Notes: generated by a model from the letters alone, not told the origin. DNA of 64,000 bases from the human T2T-CHM13v2.0 reference genome, Homo sapiens (GCF_009914755.1 NC_060935.1); one strand, 5' to 3'. Positions 28,864-45,427 are shown, counted from the stretch's first letter. Translations and numbers: made by a program.

Positions 28864-29355
28864 ATATACACACTTAGTAGAGAGTAATGGGTTACTGGAG
28901 TTCTTCCTAGTGGTTCCAAACTGAACTACATTTAGTTTGGTATGTTTGTTACATTTCATAACTTTTGAATAAGCTCTAGAAGTTGACCAAAACAGTTTTA
29001 AAACATCTATCTGATCATACAGTAATGCAATTTCTCATTTTTGTTTTTGGAAAGCTGTATCCTATATAAATTGGCTGTTACGTTATAAAAATGTATTAAT
29101 TACTTTTATTTAATTATGGTTTACTAAGGTTAAAATACCCATCAATTTTTTAAAAACTCCAAACTTGTGTTGAAATAAAAGATTCCTAAAATCTTAATGT
29201 CCTTTCATGATTTTCCTTTGTATAAGAATATTTATCCAAGTTATAATTAAACTATGTTTTATTATATGTTTTTCTTTTAAATGTTTAAAGTAAAAACAAA
29301 ATATAAATGTCTTTCAAAATATTATCAAATGGTTTACAAAATCTTTGCCACTTAC

Positions 29356-29449
29356 CTTTTGAAATATCTTCAATTTTTCTGCCATACAAATCATAAAAAT
29401 ATCTGGCTGGTAAATTTAGATTCATTCTTATTGTACAAGTATCTAAAAC
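29356..29449 (-). CDS. DCDC1: DCDC1 internal coding exon (94 nt): VLDTCTIRMNLNLPARYFYDLYGRKIEDISK + G
   Basis: Strong acceptor ttttttttcctgcacag|GTT and donor AAAAG|gtaagt. 31 codons plus 1 nt. Too short for the ORF track; found by reading the minus strand. Core of a DCX-like domain. Confidence 0.93.
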
Positions 29450-29700
29450 CTGTGCAGGAAAAAAAAATTATAAATAATTTAGTAAACTGGTTAAATTGAA
29501 TACACATTTAAACTCTTTTCTATACTACACAGCTATTAAAAATTATATTGTAAAATAAAATTTAATGATTTATAAAATGTTCTAATATATGAAATTTAAA
29601 AGCAGTTAAAATTGCTACATTGTACTTGCATGTGTGTAAAAAAACACGTAAGTATTAGTAAAAAAGAAAGAAAGAAGATTCAACAAATATTAAATACTGG

Positions 29701-29800
29701 TTATCTATTATTTAATATCTATTATTTATCTATTATTATCTATTATTTATTATTATCTATTATCTATTAAATATCTATTATTTAATATCTATTATTTAAT
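29701..29800. repeat. AT-rich irregular repeat of TATCTATTA(TTTAA)
   Basis: About 8 copies of tatctatta with variable linkers. Confidence 0.9.
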
Positions 29801-31042
29801 AAATGGTAGACCTTTAGAACTCTGAGGGATTTTTATCTTAGTCTTGCAACTTTCTGTATGTTCCATTTATTTCACAATGAGAGGATATTACCATTTAAAT
29901 TAGATTTTAAGTACCTACTTTCCTTAGCTTTTAAATGTTTTCCAAATGTCCTAAAATAAATAATAAAAACAGTCTGATCACAGTTCACCTTGATAACTTA
30001 TGTTGTTTGGGTACTAAAAACTGAACTTAATAAATCACATTTCAGGTTTTCCATGAATATGAGTCTCAAGGACTTTACCTTTAATGGTTTCTAATATGCA
30101 CTCTCTTTTAATATTACAATATCATGACCTGTTCTTGTTATTTTACATGCAACCCTTTGAAACCAATGTGGCAATTATCTTTCCAACTTCAAGGAAGACT
30201 TAAACATGCTTCAGCTGGAAAAAAAGTTCTACTCACAAGGTGAGGAAAATTAAGGGAACAGAAGGGGTTTGAGGAGTGTCAGGTAACCTGAGGCAGGTTG
30301 TTAATAGGTTTTCAGAAGTAACTTCCAAAACATGAAATTCACCATATTCATCTAAAAATATAAAATATATTCCAAATTGAAATTGAAAGTGCTCTGCCAT
30401 CCATTTTTGACTATTCCCAGCTATAATATTACTTTCCCATAACCAAGAACTACTACTGAAGGACAATGTGAATTATATTAATATGATTATAGTAAACAGA
30501 ACATCTTTCAACTGCTCAAACCATCTTTCAGTTGCCGATACTACCTGTCTCTTTTTGCCCACTTCTGTCCCTACTTTATTATTGGAGCCCATAATTTAGT
30601 CCTAGCTTAACCAATTCATTAGCTTTGTGACAATGTATGTATTTCAATAGCTTAGTGTTTATATAGAGGCAAAGTTGCACTTTCCTTTCAGCCTGTAGAA
30701 CAGCTTTCAAACATTGTGACTGATTTGGTTTATATAGTTGCTCTATCAAAAGACAGGTTGAATTTTAAAGGCAAATATTTAACTGACAAATTAATTTGAC
30801 AAATTGGTCTTTCTTGGGCTGTATGTACCAGAGGTTCTCAGCCTTTATTCTACTCTACTCCTATACATAACTAATCATGTCCCCATGGACCACATGCTCC
30901 CATGACCATTCAAAGGGTTGCATGTTTCTTGCACACTAGCTGCAATTCAGAGCATTGAGCAATTCAGAGCAATGTATTGCTGCTATTTTTCTCACAATCA
31001 AGAATGCATACCTGCTCATTATTAGGAATAATGTTATAGGAA

Positions 31043-31340
<298 letters not shown>

Positions 31341-32212
31341 AGGAATATTCTTGAGCTTTCTAACTTATGAGGAAAAGATCATTCGCAACATCAATGCTTT
31401 ACCTAGTTAAATAAAAAAGTACTTGCAAAGAATGTAACAACCCTGGTGATTCTCTAAATAACCCTGGTTATTCTTCCTGCCTTCTTGTTTACTCTTGTGG
31501 GTCAATTTCTTCAGTGACTACTGCCCACAAGTTCACCTAGGACCCCCATCCCATGGACTGAAACCTTTACTAAAGATGCTGGGAAAGCAATGTTGAAAAT
31601 ATAAAAAAGTATCAGGAAAATAAACTGGAGTTTGTCTGTGGCTTGAAACAAAAAGAAGAGTGGAACATATTGACTGACATTGGCATGGGATCCATGCTTG
31701 TTTTTATTTTAATACTCTAATTAACACAGTTGGTGTCTGACTGGCAAAATTCTCCTGTCACTGGAGTGAAAGTAAAATGGATCACTTTCACCACCACTCT
31801 CATTGACAAAAATACTCAAGGGAGATAATTCAGTACAAATTGCTCCTTAGCCAATCATGTCTGAATACTATTAAGCATCTACAGTTGGTCTCATAGACCG
31901 TAAGCAAGACATAATCTCCTCTTTACAACCCCACATTACTTATCTTTCCAGTCCTCATGTTCAGTTCTCAATTTCTTAATATTATGAAGTTATTACTGTA
32001 TTTAAAAGTATAATGATGTCCTTCGGTACAATTTATATTTCCTAGTTATGAGTGAAGGTTCAAATATCTAAGTATCCTCTAAAGTTACAATTTACCAATT
32101 AAACTAAGTAAAACTATAATCTACTTGAAGGTAGTCCCATTTACTTCAACCAAAATTTCAGTAATTTAAAAAAATTATTTTAAATATTGCTGCCTTTGAG
32201 TCTTAAAAAAAT

Positions 32213-32768
32213 CAGTCCCTCCTTCCCTCCCGCTGTAGGAGTTCACAGTGTCTGCTGTTGCCATCTTTATGTCCATGAGTACCCAATGTTTAGATCCCAC
32301 TTATAAGTGAGAACATGTGGTATTTGGTTTTCTGTTCCTGCATTAATTTGCTTAGGATAATGGGCGTCCAGCTGCATCCATGTGGCTGCAAAGGACATAC
32401 TTTCATTCTTTTTTATGGCTGCATAGTATTCCATGGTGCATATGTACCACATTTTCTTTATCCAATCCACTGCTGATGGGCACCTAGCTTGATTCCATAT
32501 CTTTGCTATTCAGAACAGTGCTGTGATGAACACACGAGTGCATGCGTCATTTTGGCAGAATGATTTTTCTTTTGGATATATATAACCAGTAATGGGATTG
32601 CTGGGTCAAATGGTAGTTCTGAGTTCTTTGAGAAAACTCCTTACTGCTTTCCACAGTAGCTGAACTAATTTACATTCTTACCAACAGTGTATAAGCGTTC
32701 CTTTTCTCCACAGCCTTGCCAATATCTGTTGTCTTTTTGACTTTTTCATAATAGACATTCTGACTGGT
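32213..32768 (-). mobile_element. L1PB-like fragment (ORF2 end / 3' UTR)
   Basis: ORF 32267-32470, WIKKMWYICTMEYYAAIKKNE, is the L1 ORF2 C-terminus. Confidence 0.88.
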
Positions 32769-33233
32769 TACAACACTTTCTAACTCAAAGATTCCCCTTT
32801 TCATTGAGCTAAAACATCAGTAAAAATGTCTGTGCAAACCAAACCTTTGTGCAAGTTTTAAAAGTTAAATGAGTTTTAAAACTGGCATTAGAAAATCAAA
32901 CACTAACATTTAATAATGTATGAGCAACTCTGTCATTCCTTCCTACTTGAAGAATGAAAAATATTTGCAGTGTTTAAGCAATGCCAGCCTTCAGTAATCA
33001 TTTTCTCGGAGTAAATTATCAGTGGTATGAATTAGTAGCACTATAAGTTTCTGTCAAAAGCCCTGAAATGAAGCTTCTACTTGTAAGGTCATTCTTATAA
33101 TTTACAATTGAAAAGTACATTATGGTGTCATCTTGCTGTAATATTAAGGTTAATTAAAATAGCATTTCCACTAATCTGTACCTGTTAAGCTTGTTAAAAT
33201 ATTACTTTTACACATTCACATTTTGTTAATTCC

Positions 33234-33535
33234 TTTTTTTTTTTCTTTTTGAGACAGAGTCTTGCTCTGTCACCCAGGCTGGAGTGCAGTGGCATGATCA
33301 CACCTCATTGCATCCTCAACTTCCCAGGCTCAGGCAATCCTACTAGGTCTTCAGCCTTCCAAGCAGGTGAGACAACAGGTGTACCATATGACACCCAGCT
33401 AATTTTTTAATTTTTGTAGAGATGGGGCCTAGCTATGTTGCCCAGGCTGGTCTCAAGACCCCTGGTCTCAACTGATCCTCCTGCCTCAGCCTCCCTAAGT
33501 GCTGGGATTACAGACATGAACCACTGCACCTGGCC
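33234..33535 (-). mobile_element. AluJ
   Basis: Diverged dimer with a perfect 10-bp TSD tgttaattcc (33224-33233 / 33536-33545). Confidence 0.92.
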
Positions 33536-33969
33536 TGTTAATTCCATGCAGCTCAAGTTTTAGAAACTCTTCTGATACTAAAATTTTAAATCATCATGCT
33601 GTAAAACCAGAATCTTCTTGAAAAGCACCTGGGAAAAAATATTCCATAATGTTTTCAGTTTAATCTACTTGTTTACAGATCTGGGAGTCATCTCCACATC
33701 CAGACATATCTATTATAGAGTTTGCAGCTCCTGGAATGGCCAGAACCTCTGGGTTGCCACTACTTCAGTTCAGATGAGAGAGTATACTTAGGCCAACATC
33801 ACCGTAGGTCATATGAACCAGGTTAATAAGCCATCAGACCCAAAAATGTCAGTTCTCCTCAGACAGAGAACCTTGAAACCTTTTAATATGGTTCTATGAG
33901 TTAATGCCTGGAAGCATAAGCCCCAACTTACACTTCCCCAACACACTCTCCTCAAAAGATTCTCTACTG

Positions 33970-34293
33970 TAGGAGTTAGCAAACTACAGTCCAAAGGCCA
34001 ATCCCAGTCCATAGCCTGTTTCTGTGTGGCCTATAGGCTAAGAATGGCTTGTACATTTTGAATTCCTAAAACAGAAATCAAAAGATGAATCATACTTTGT
34101 GATAGATTTAAACATGAAATTCAAATTTAAGTACTGTACATAAAGTTTCTTGTAAAACAGCCACATTTGATCATTTACATATCTTCTATGGCTGCTTTCA
34201 TGCTATAACAGCAAGGCTGAGATAGTTGCTACAGAGACCTTCTGGCTTGCAAAACCAAAATTATTTTGTTTGCCTTTTATGGAAAAAGTTTGC
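33970..34293 (+). mobile_element. MER58B-like hAT-Charlie element
   Basis: ggagttagcaaactacag...gctaagaatgg...ctatggctgctttcatgcta...aaaagtttgc. Confidence 0.75.
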
Positions 34294-35512
34294 ATCAACA
34301 TTCACATGAAGCTCTATATTTTTCTGTTCTGTATAAATTAGCCTGAACTCCTTTATTCATTTCTAAAACTCTTCCATTGTGTACTCTGAAAACATCTCCC
34401 CTGATCAACAAATTTGACTAGACCCACAACCTCTTTTAAAAGAAACTAGGCTTTCCCCTGAGGTCACTAACTTCTTCAAAGCGCTCTCAAGTGGTGAGAA
34501 TTTATTCTCTCCTATCACACAATCTCAAGTTTGGAAAGTGGTGTTACAATGCTATTTCAAGATAATTTCTCCCCAACCCTCTTATTGAACAAAAACAAAC
34601 AAGCGCTGTCCCCAACACCCAGGATCTTGATGTTCAAGCATATCATCTTCTCTAACTCTAGTCATTCTTCCTCAATCTTAGATAACTTTTACTACACATA
34701 GCTTGCAAAATCCTAACTCTGGGCGACCTTCACTTTCCACTCTGTGGGCACAATGAGAGGCCTGGTGCTGCTGGACAAAGTCACACAACTGAACATATCA
34801 ACATTACTATCATTCATGATCACCAACTTCCATAGTCCCTCAGTACTGCCCAGCCACTTCTATTTCATTTCTTTGGTCAAATTTCTCTCCCACTTTCCAC
34901 AGAGTATTTCCAACCATCTCTAATCTGCTTACCTCTACCTAGCCTTTCCTTCCCTAATTGCCTCTTCATTTTCAGCAGATGACATGATCTCCTATGTCAG
35001 AGAGAAATTTGAAGCCTCATCTTACTGCTATCAAAGCTACAAGCCTACTTATTTCTACAGCCATCCACTCTTTTTCCTTCCAGTTATATTACAAGAGTTC
35101 CTGCTCCTATCTAAGGCCAATATTCCACTTATCCTTTCAATTATGTATGCTCTCAGCTTTTAAAGCAGTTTGTATTATCCATCATTTCTTCTCTCTCATG
35201 TATATTCATCTACTGCTTCTCAACTAGCCTGTTACCACTGATATTGAAACGTAAGTCTTTTCTATCTTGAAAATTAAATCTCCCCATACCTACCTGATAT
35301 CTCCCTCTAGCTACTCCTCAACTTTACAGCTAAATGTCTTAGATTTGTCCATGCTCTCTTGTTTCTTTTCCTTTCTTCCCATTCATTCTCAGCCTGTTCC
35401 AGTTTGGCTTTTTTACCATCACTTTACTGAAATAATTCTCACAATGATTACCAATTACTACTCTATTGACAAATTCAAAGGACATTTTAAAATTCTTACT
35501 TGTTTTGAGCAT

Positions 35513-37929
<2,417 letters not shown>

Positions 37930-38133
37930 AGCATGAACAAATCCTGAGATACAAGAATCCACTATTTTTTCTCCCGCTTTCTTGTCTTCTTCATAGGATC
38001 ATGCATATTCATTCACTGGGGTTTATCAAGATAAGTTCTAGCCTTCTTTCTGCCCCTCTCTTAAGGCAATCTAAATGGTACCCCAACATTTCATCTTCCA
38101 TTTACATACCGACAACTCCCAAATTGATATGTT

Positions 38134-38986
38134 TCTTTTATTCATCAATTCAAAATATTATTGACTACTAATATCTCCCAAGTGCCTGGATATGGCAGTG
38201 AGCAAAACCAGCCAGGTTCTTGTTCTCATGGAGCTTTTAGTCTAGTGCTGGACAAAGACATTTATAAAATGATCATATCATTACATGTGGAGTAGGTGGC
38301 ATAAGGAAGGCTTCTGAGAAGAGATAAACTGGATTTATCTGGAAACAAGTGGAGAATATTGAGAGTGGGGAACTATTTCAGAGAACATAGCATATGAAAA
38401 GGCTCCATGGCAGAGCAAGCAGGATGTATTCCAGGAATCGAAAGGTCAGCATATGAAAGGGGAGAGTAGCCTCATAGGAAAGGAAAGAAGCCTTCCTTAT
38501 GCCACCTACTCCACACACATTTAATGATATGATCATTTCACAAATGTCTTTTTTTTTTTTTTTTCCGAGACAGAGTCTCACTCTGTCAGCCAGGCTGGAG
38601 TGCAATGGCATGGTCTCTGCTCACTGAAACATCTGCCTCCCAGGTTCAAGTGATTCTCCTGCCTCAGTCTCCCGAGTAGCTGGGACTAAAGGCACATGCC
38701 ACCATGCTAAGCTAATTTTTGTATTTTTAGTAGAGATAGGGTTTCACTATGTTTGCCAGGCTGGTCTTGAACTCCTGACCTCATGATCTGCCTGCTTAAG
38801 CCTCCCAAAGTGCTGGGATTACAGGTGTGAGCCACCACACCCGTCTTTATTTTACAAATCTCTTTGTCCACCACTAGACTAAAAGTTCCATGAGAACAAG
38901 GCCATGGTTGGTTTTGCTCACCACCATATCCAGGTACTTGGCAGACATTAGTAGTCAAAAAATATTTTGAATTAATGAATAAAAGA
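38134..38986. repeat. Inverted duplication of an L2 3' end (arms 38134-38315 and 38486-38986, the latter split by an Alu)
   Basis: Manual alignment gives about 90% identity; the innermost 30 bp are perfect. Confidence 0.92.
38549..38845 (-). mobile_element. AluS (Sg-like) nested in the right arm of an inverted duplication
   Basis: Full dimer; TSD atttcacaaatgtctt / attttacaaatctctt. Confidence 0.92.
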
Positions 38987-39208
38987 GTTAATATATATTA
39001 TTTCTAATTTAAACTCATTTTAGTATAAATATCTTTTGATCAAGATTCTGATAAGCTAGCAAAAAATTCTGACTGCTTTTATAAAATTATGCTGTAAAGT
39101 ATGCATAATTCCAGAAGAATTTTTTTCAAATAAACCAATTCTTTTTAGTACCAGAGCACTGACTTTTTGCAAGTCCTAGGAAATAAAATAAGAAAACCTC
39201 TTCACATG

Positions 39209-40002
<794 letters not shown>

Positions 40003-42163
40003 AAAAATACATTTTTTGGTCCCATGTTCCTCAAATGATGAAAATCTATTCAGCTAATTCAGTGAGTATTTGTATACCAAATAGATTACAACAGTATTCA
40101 CTATATAAACCTAAAAAGCAAACCATTTAATTAAAAATCTAGGGAATAATTTTAGATGAAATTTATCAAGCTGAAAATTATGAAAATGAATGGATAATTG
40201 TGAAACTAATCATTTGGATTACTAAAAATACTTCACCTTTGGCAATTAATTGTACTTGCTCAGTAGAAGAGAACTACCATTTATTATGATTATTTTGAGA
40301 AAGGGAATCTGTTTTTATAGAATTTTTTTTTTTGCTAACTGAAAGGCTGTCAAATAGTTTATGAATTTTCCAAGAATTAAAATGTAATAAAATGCCATGC
40401 ATAAGTCTCTGCTCAGGCCAGCATTTTACAAAAATGACTTATAATCAAAATTATTATCATTATGTTAACCAGAAAATGCCAGAAGATTGGGCTAAATTTG
40501 TACCCATCTCATTAAGTACCTTAAAGGTACTTTTCTGAATAAAATCCTAGAGCTAAATATGCTGGCCTGTTATTTGTCTTATTCTCATAAAGGTAAGTGA
40601 AAGAATGTACACCAAATCTAGTTATTTGCTTGCACTAGTAATGAACATAAATATGATTTGAAAAGGCAGCTATTTCTCGTGAATTTGTGTTCTGTGGTGT
40701 TTTGGTATTTTATTTTTAGAATGTGAATGAGAAGTAGATAACCAGAGGAAATTTTCTTAAGAATAATTAAATGAACCAGATTACAATTCTAATCATATTA
40801 TTATTTTTGTTTTTAAAATCTACTCTGTTGATTTATAATGTACATGAAATAAACTGTACCTATTTTAAGTAGGTGCAGTTGATGCAGGTAGAACAATGTA
40901 TATCCGTATGTAACTACCACAGTGAATATATAGAATATTCCCACCACCTTCCAAAATTCCTCATGTTCTTTTCCAATTACAACTCAATACTCCTGGCCCT
41001 AAGTCACCAATAATCTGGTTTTTTTCACTAGAGAATAGTTCGTCTGTTCTACAATTTCATGGCATGTAATATTTTGTACCTGGTTTCATTCATTTACCAC
41101 AATGCTCGTTCCTTTTTATTGTTGAAAAATAGTCCTTGACATAAATATATAATAATGTTTTATCCATTCACAGGTATATGGACTTTTTTACTGTCTGTAA
41201 TTTGGCTAATTGCAAATAAAACAACTATGAACATTCACTTAGAAGTTTTTGTGTTGACATATGTTATTCATCTTGGTATATATCTAAAAATGAGATTGCA
41301 GGATTGTATTTAAGTGTAAGCTTAACTTTATATGAAAGTATCAAACTGTTTTGCCAAGTGGCTGCGTCATTTTGCATTCTTATCAGCTAAATATAAGATT
41401 TGCTATTTCTCCACATTTTCACCTACTTGGTATTGTCAGTCTTTTAAATATTAGTCATTTTAATGTGTGTATAGTGGTAACTCCATGGATTTAATTGCAT
41501 TTCCTCGATGATTAATAATACTGAGCATCTTTTCATGTGCTAATGGTTGATTTCTATGTCTTCTTAGTAAAATGCCTCATTCACATCTTTTGACTTATTT
41601 TTGTATTGTTTGTTTTCTTACTGTTGAGGTTTCAGAAATGTTTATATATTCTCAACCAAAGTTTTTTGTTAAGTACGTGTTTTCTGGATATTTTCTCTCA
41701 TTCTGTGGCTTGCCTTTTCATTTTTATAATGCTGTATTTACAAGAGCAAAAGTTTTTTGATTCAGACAAAGTATAATCATTTTTTGTTCATATTTTTTGT
41801 GTCCTAAGAAATATTTGCCTACCCAAGGTTAAAAAGATTTTCTCCCACGTTTTCTCTGAGAATTAGTATAGTTTTGTTCTTTATAATAAGATCTGTGATC
41901 AATTTAAATCAATTTTCATGAATGATTGTGAGGTAAGTTCTTATCACACAGAAATATCCAATTGTTTCAGCAATATTTATCAAAAACACTGTCTTTTCCC
42001 CCATTGAATCACTCTATCAAGAATGATTTACCCATGTATGTGTGGGTCTATTTCTGAACTCTCCATTTTGTTTCTTTGCCCTTTATGTGTATTCTTATTC
42101 CCATATCATCCTGTTTTGATTATTTTAGCTTTATAATAGATGTTGAAAACAGGTAGTGTAAAT

Positions 42164-42707
42164 GGAATACTATTCCTCCTTTAAAAAGGAGAAACTCTTG
42201 TCATTTGCAGCAACATGGATGAACCTGGAGGGCATTATGTTAAGTGAAATAAGCCAGGCACAGAAACACAAATACCACATGATTTCACTTATATGTGAAA
42301 ACAAAAAAAGTCAAACTCACAGAAGCAGAGAGTAGAATGGTGATTACAGGAGACTGCAGTGGGAGTGGGAGGACTGGGAAGATATTGGCTAAAGTACACA
42401 AAATTTCAGTCAGACAGGAGGTATAAGTTCAAGAGAATGATTGTATATCATGGTGACTATAGTTAATAACAGTATATTATACACTTGAAAATTGCTAAGA
42501 AAGCAGATTTTATGTATTTTTATGACAAAAAAATGATAAGTATCTAAAGTAATTCAACTGTTAATCAGCTTGGTTTCTCCATTCCACAATGTAGGCATAT
42601 TTCAAATCATCATGTAGTATACCATAAATACATAAAATTTTTATTTGTCAATTTAAAAAATAAATAACAATAATAATAAATACATACTAAAATACAACTT
42701 TTTAAAA
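42164..42707 (+). mobile_element. L1MA 3' end
   Basis: gcaacatggatgaacctggagggcattatgttaagtgaaataagccagg; 19-bp TSD gaaaacaggtagtgtaaat / gaaatcaggtagtataaat. Confidence 0.9.
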
Positions 42708-43088
42708 GAAATCAGGTAGTATAAATCCTCCAAATTTGCTCCTGTTTAAAACTGATTTGGCTATCTAATTCCTTTGCATTTCTAGCATTTCCACGTATAT
42801 TTTAGAAATATCTTGCCAATTTATGCCCCTTTCCTCAAAGAAAAGACTGGTTGAATTTTGGTGAGTATTGTGATGACTATATAGATCAATTTGCAGGAAA
42901 CTGGCATCATAATAATTTTGAAGTTTCCAGTCCATGAACATGGTATATCTCTTGGACCTTCTTTCATTTCTCTCAGCAATTATTTGTTGTTTTCACTGTA
43001 TAAGTCTTGCACATATTGTGTTAAATGAATAGTTAAGTATTTCATGTGTTTGAGTGTTGTGGTATTGGATTTTTACATTTCATTTTCT

Positions 43089-44897
43089 TTTTTTTGTGTG
43101 TGTGTGTGTGTATATCTCCTCTATTTTAATCCTTTTAAGTTGGCAAAAGCACTATTCCCGATCACAAATACACAGCAGTTCTACAGTTTTATGTTTCTGA
43201 ATGGCTGTTTAAAGACAATCCTAAATTATTACTTAGTTTGACTTAGATTGTAAAGAGTTCAAGAGTGAAGTTTATAAGACACATGCACACGTATGTTTAT
43301 TGTGGCACTGTTCACAATGGCGAAGACTTGAAGCCAACTCAAATGCTCATCAATGATAGACTGGATAGAGAAAATGTGGCACATATACACCATGGAACAC
43401 TATGCAGCCATAAAAAAAGGATGAGTTCATGTCCTTTGCAGGGACATGGATGAAACCATCATTCTCAGAAAACTAACACAAGAACAGAAAACCAAACACC
43501 ACATGTTCTCACTCATAGGTGAGAGCTGAACAATGGGAACACATGGACACAGGGAGGGGAACATCACACACCACAGCCTGTCAGGGGGTGGAGGGCTAGG
43601 CGAGGGATAACATCAGGAGAAATACCTAATGTAGATGACAGTTTGATGGGTGCAGCAAACCACCATGGCACGTGTATACCTAAGTAACAAACCTGAACGT
43701 TCTGCACATGTATCCCAGAACTTAAAGTATAATAAATTAAAATAATAATAATAATAAAAGATTATCTGTAATTTTTTATTCTGTAATAGGAATTACATAA
43801 AATTATTTCTCAAACATTAAATCAATTTTGCCTGCCTAAAATAAACTCAATTTAAACATAAAAAAACTTGCTATTTTAAAAGCATATGACCTCATAGATC
43901 ATCTATAAAATGTGAGAAGTGTTAAATAACCTTTGATATTACACATAAACCACACTAAAATTCCTTTCAGTAAGTAAAAGGAACCATTTTAAATACAGGG
44001 AATTCTAATTAGATTGGCATAGTTAGGGCCAAAAATATAAAGTAGACGTTGCTACCTTATTTATCTTCAACCCTTGCCTTTAAGAGGCAAATGAACACAA
44101 AACACAGGTGAATCTTGCTTGGTTCTGAGACAGTGAAGGAATTTCCCCAGTATTTAAATATATTCACATAACCAGTTACATACATCTAAATATAAAACCA
44201 ATCACCAGTAAGTTTTAAGATGGCATTCACCATCTTTGTGAAAAGGTGAAAATTATTAATGAAGTCTAATCATAGCTTTAGAAGGGGTAAACAGTGATAG
44301 CATTTACTGAATTCGAATTATTATTAAAATTCAAAAACTGAACATATTCATTTAACCAGAAGCTAGTCTTAGTTTTAAATCAGGACTGCCCAACAAAATA
44401 TTCTGTCAGTCATTCATGACCTGAATTCTGGTGTATGAAATCTATTAAAGTATGGTATACATAAAAAAGTCATGAGACATTTCTGTTTTGTAATAAATAA
44501 GGCAGTGGCAAATTATTACTCATTTAGTAGCTTTTTTAAGACAAGCTAACAAGTCTGCCCTTTCTGCCTTCTTCTTAATGCCGGCAAAGATCATTTTTAT
44601 TCTAGGGATGTACTTCTTGGGACTCTCCAAATACTCCATCAGTGTATCCTCTCCCCAGGTGATGCCTTTGTTCTTATTGGCATCTGTGTAAGTGAATACA
44701 ATGGCCTGACCTGTCTTCTGCCCGAAGAGACCATGGAGATTAGGCCCAGTCTTGTGCTTGCCTCCCTTTTCCACGGTGTGGCACTGGGCACACTTTTGAA
44801 CAAAAACTCTTCTTGCCTTTCTCAACATCACCCATATTTAATTCCCTTTTTCGTCACAACGAAGGTTCCCGCTCTGAAGCTAGACGTCCCATTCTCC
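43089..44897 (-). pseudogene. CYCSP25: Processed cytochrome c pseudogene (5' UTR, CDS 44835-44516, about 0.83 kb of 3' UTR, polyA remnant), interrupted by an L1PA insertion
   Basis: Intronless, with ATGGGTGATGTTGAGAAAGGC start and a CAQCH heme motif. It has a +1 frameshift near codon 10 and another +1 near the end. The 16-bp TSD is ttacatttcattttct (43073-43088) / ttaaatttcactttct (44898-44913), 14/16 identical. The number 25 is recalled from its position in DCDC1 and is less certain than the CYCS identity. Confidence 0.93.
43274..43759 (+). mobile_element. 5'-truncated L1PA 3' end (about L1PA6-8) inserted in the pseudogene 3' UTR
   Basis: gacacatgcacacgtatgtttattg ... gtatcccagaacttaaagtataataa followed by an A-rich tail. 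Confidence 0.92.
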
Positions 44898-45427
44898 TTA
44901 AATTTCACTTTCTAATTGTCACTAGCATATAGAATTTCACTGACCTTGTATCCTGCAAACTTGCTGAATGTATTCCTTAGTTCTACTAGCTTTTATGTAG
45001 GTTCTTTAAGGTATTTGATGTTCTTATCACATTGTCTATAAATAAAATAGTTTTTATTTCTTCCTTTCAAATTTATACCCTTTTTACTACTTTTTTCTTG
45101 CCTTATCACAGGGTAGGGCCCCCAATAGCATGTTAAGCTGAAATGAAAAGAGAGGACATCTTTGCCTTGATTCTGATCTTGAGGAAAACAGTTCATTCAG
45201 TCTTTCATCATTAGGTATGTAGTTAAATCAGTGTTTAGTAGACATTCTTGACCAGATTGAAGAAATTCCCTTCTATTTCAAGTTTGCTATGAAAATTTTT
45301 TTTTGTTTTTTTAATAAGTGAATATTAAATTTTGTCAAATTCCTCTCCAATACCTACTGAAATGAGCATATGGCTTTTTCCATATTCTCTTAAGGTGGTC
45401 AACTACATTGTCTGTTGTTAAACCAAC

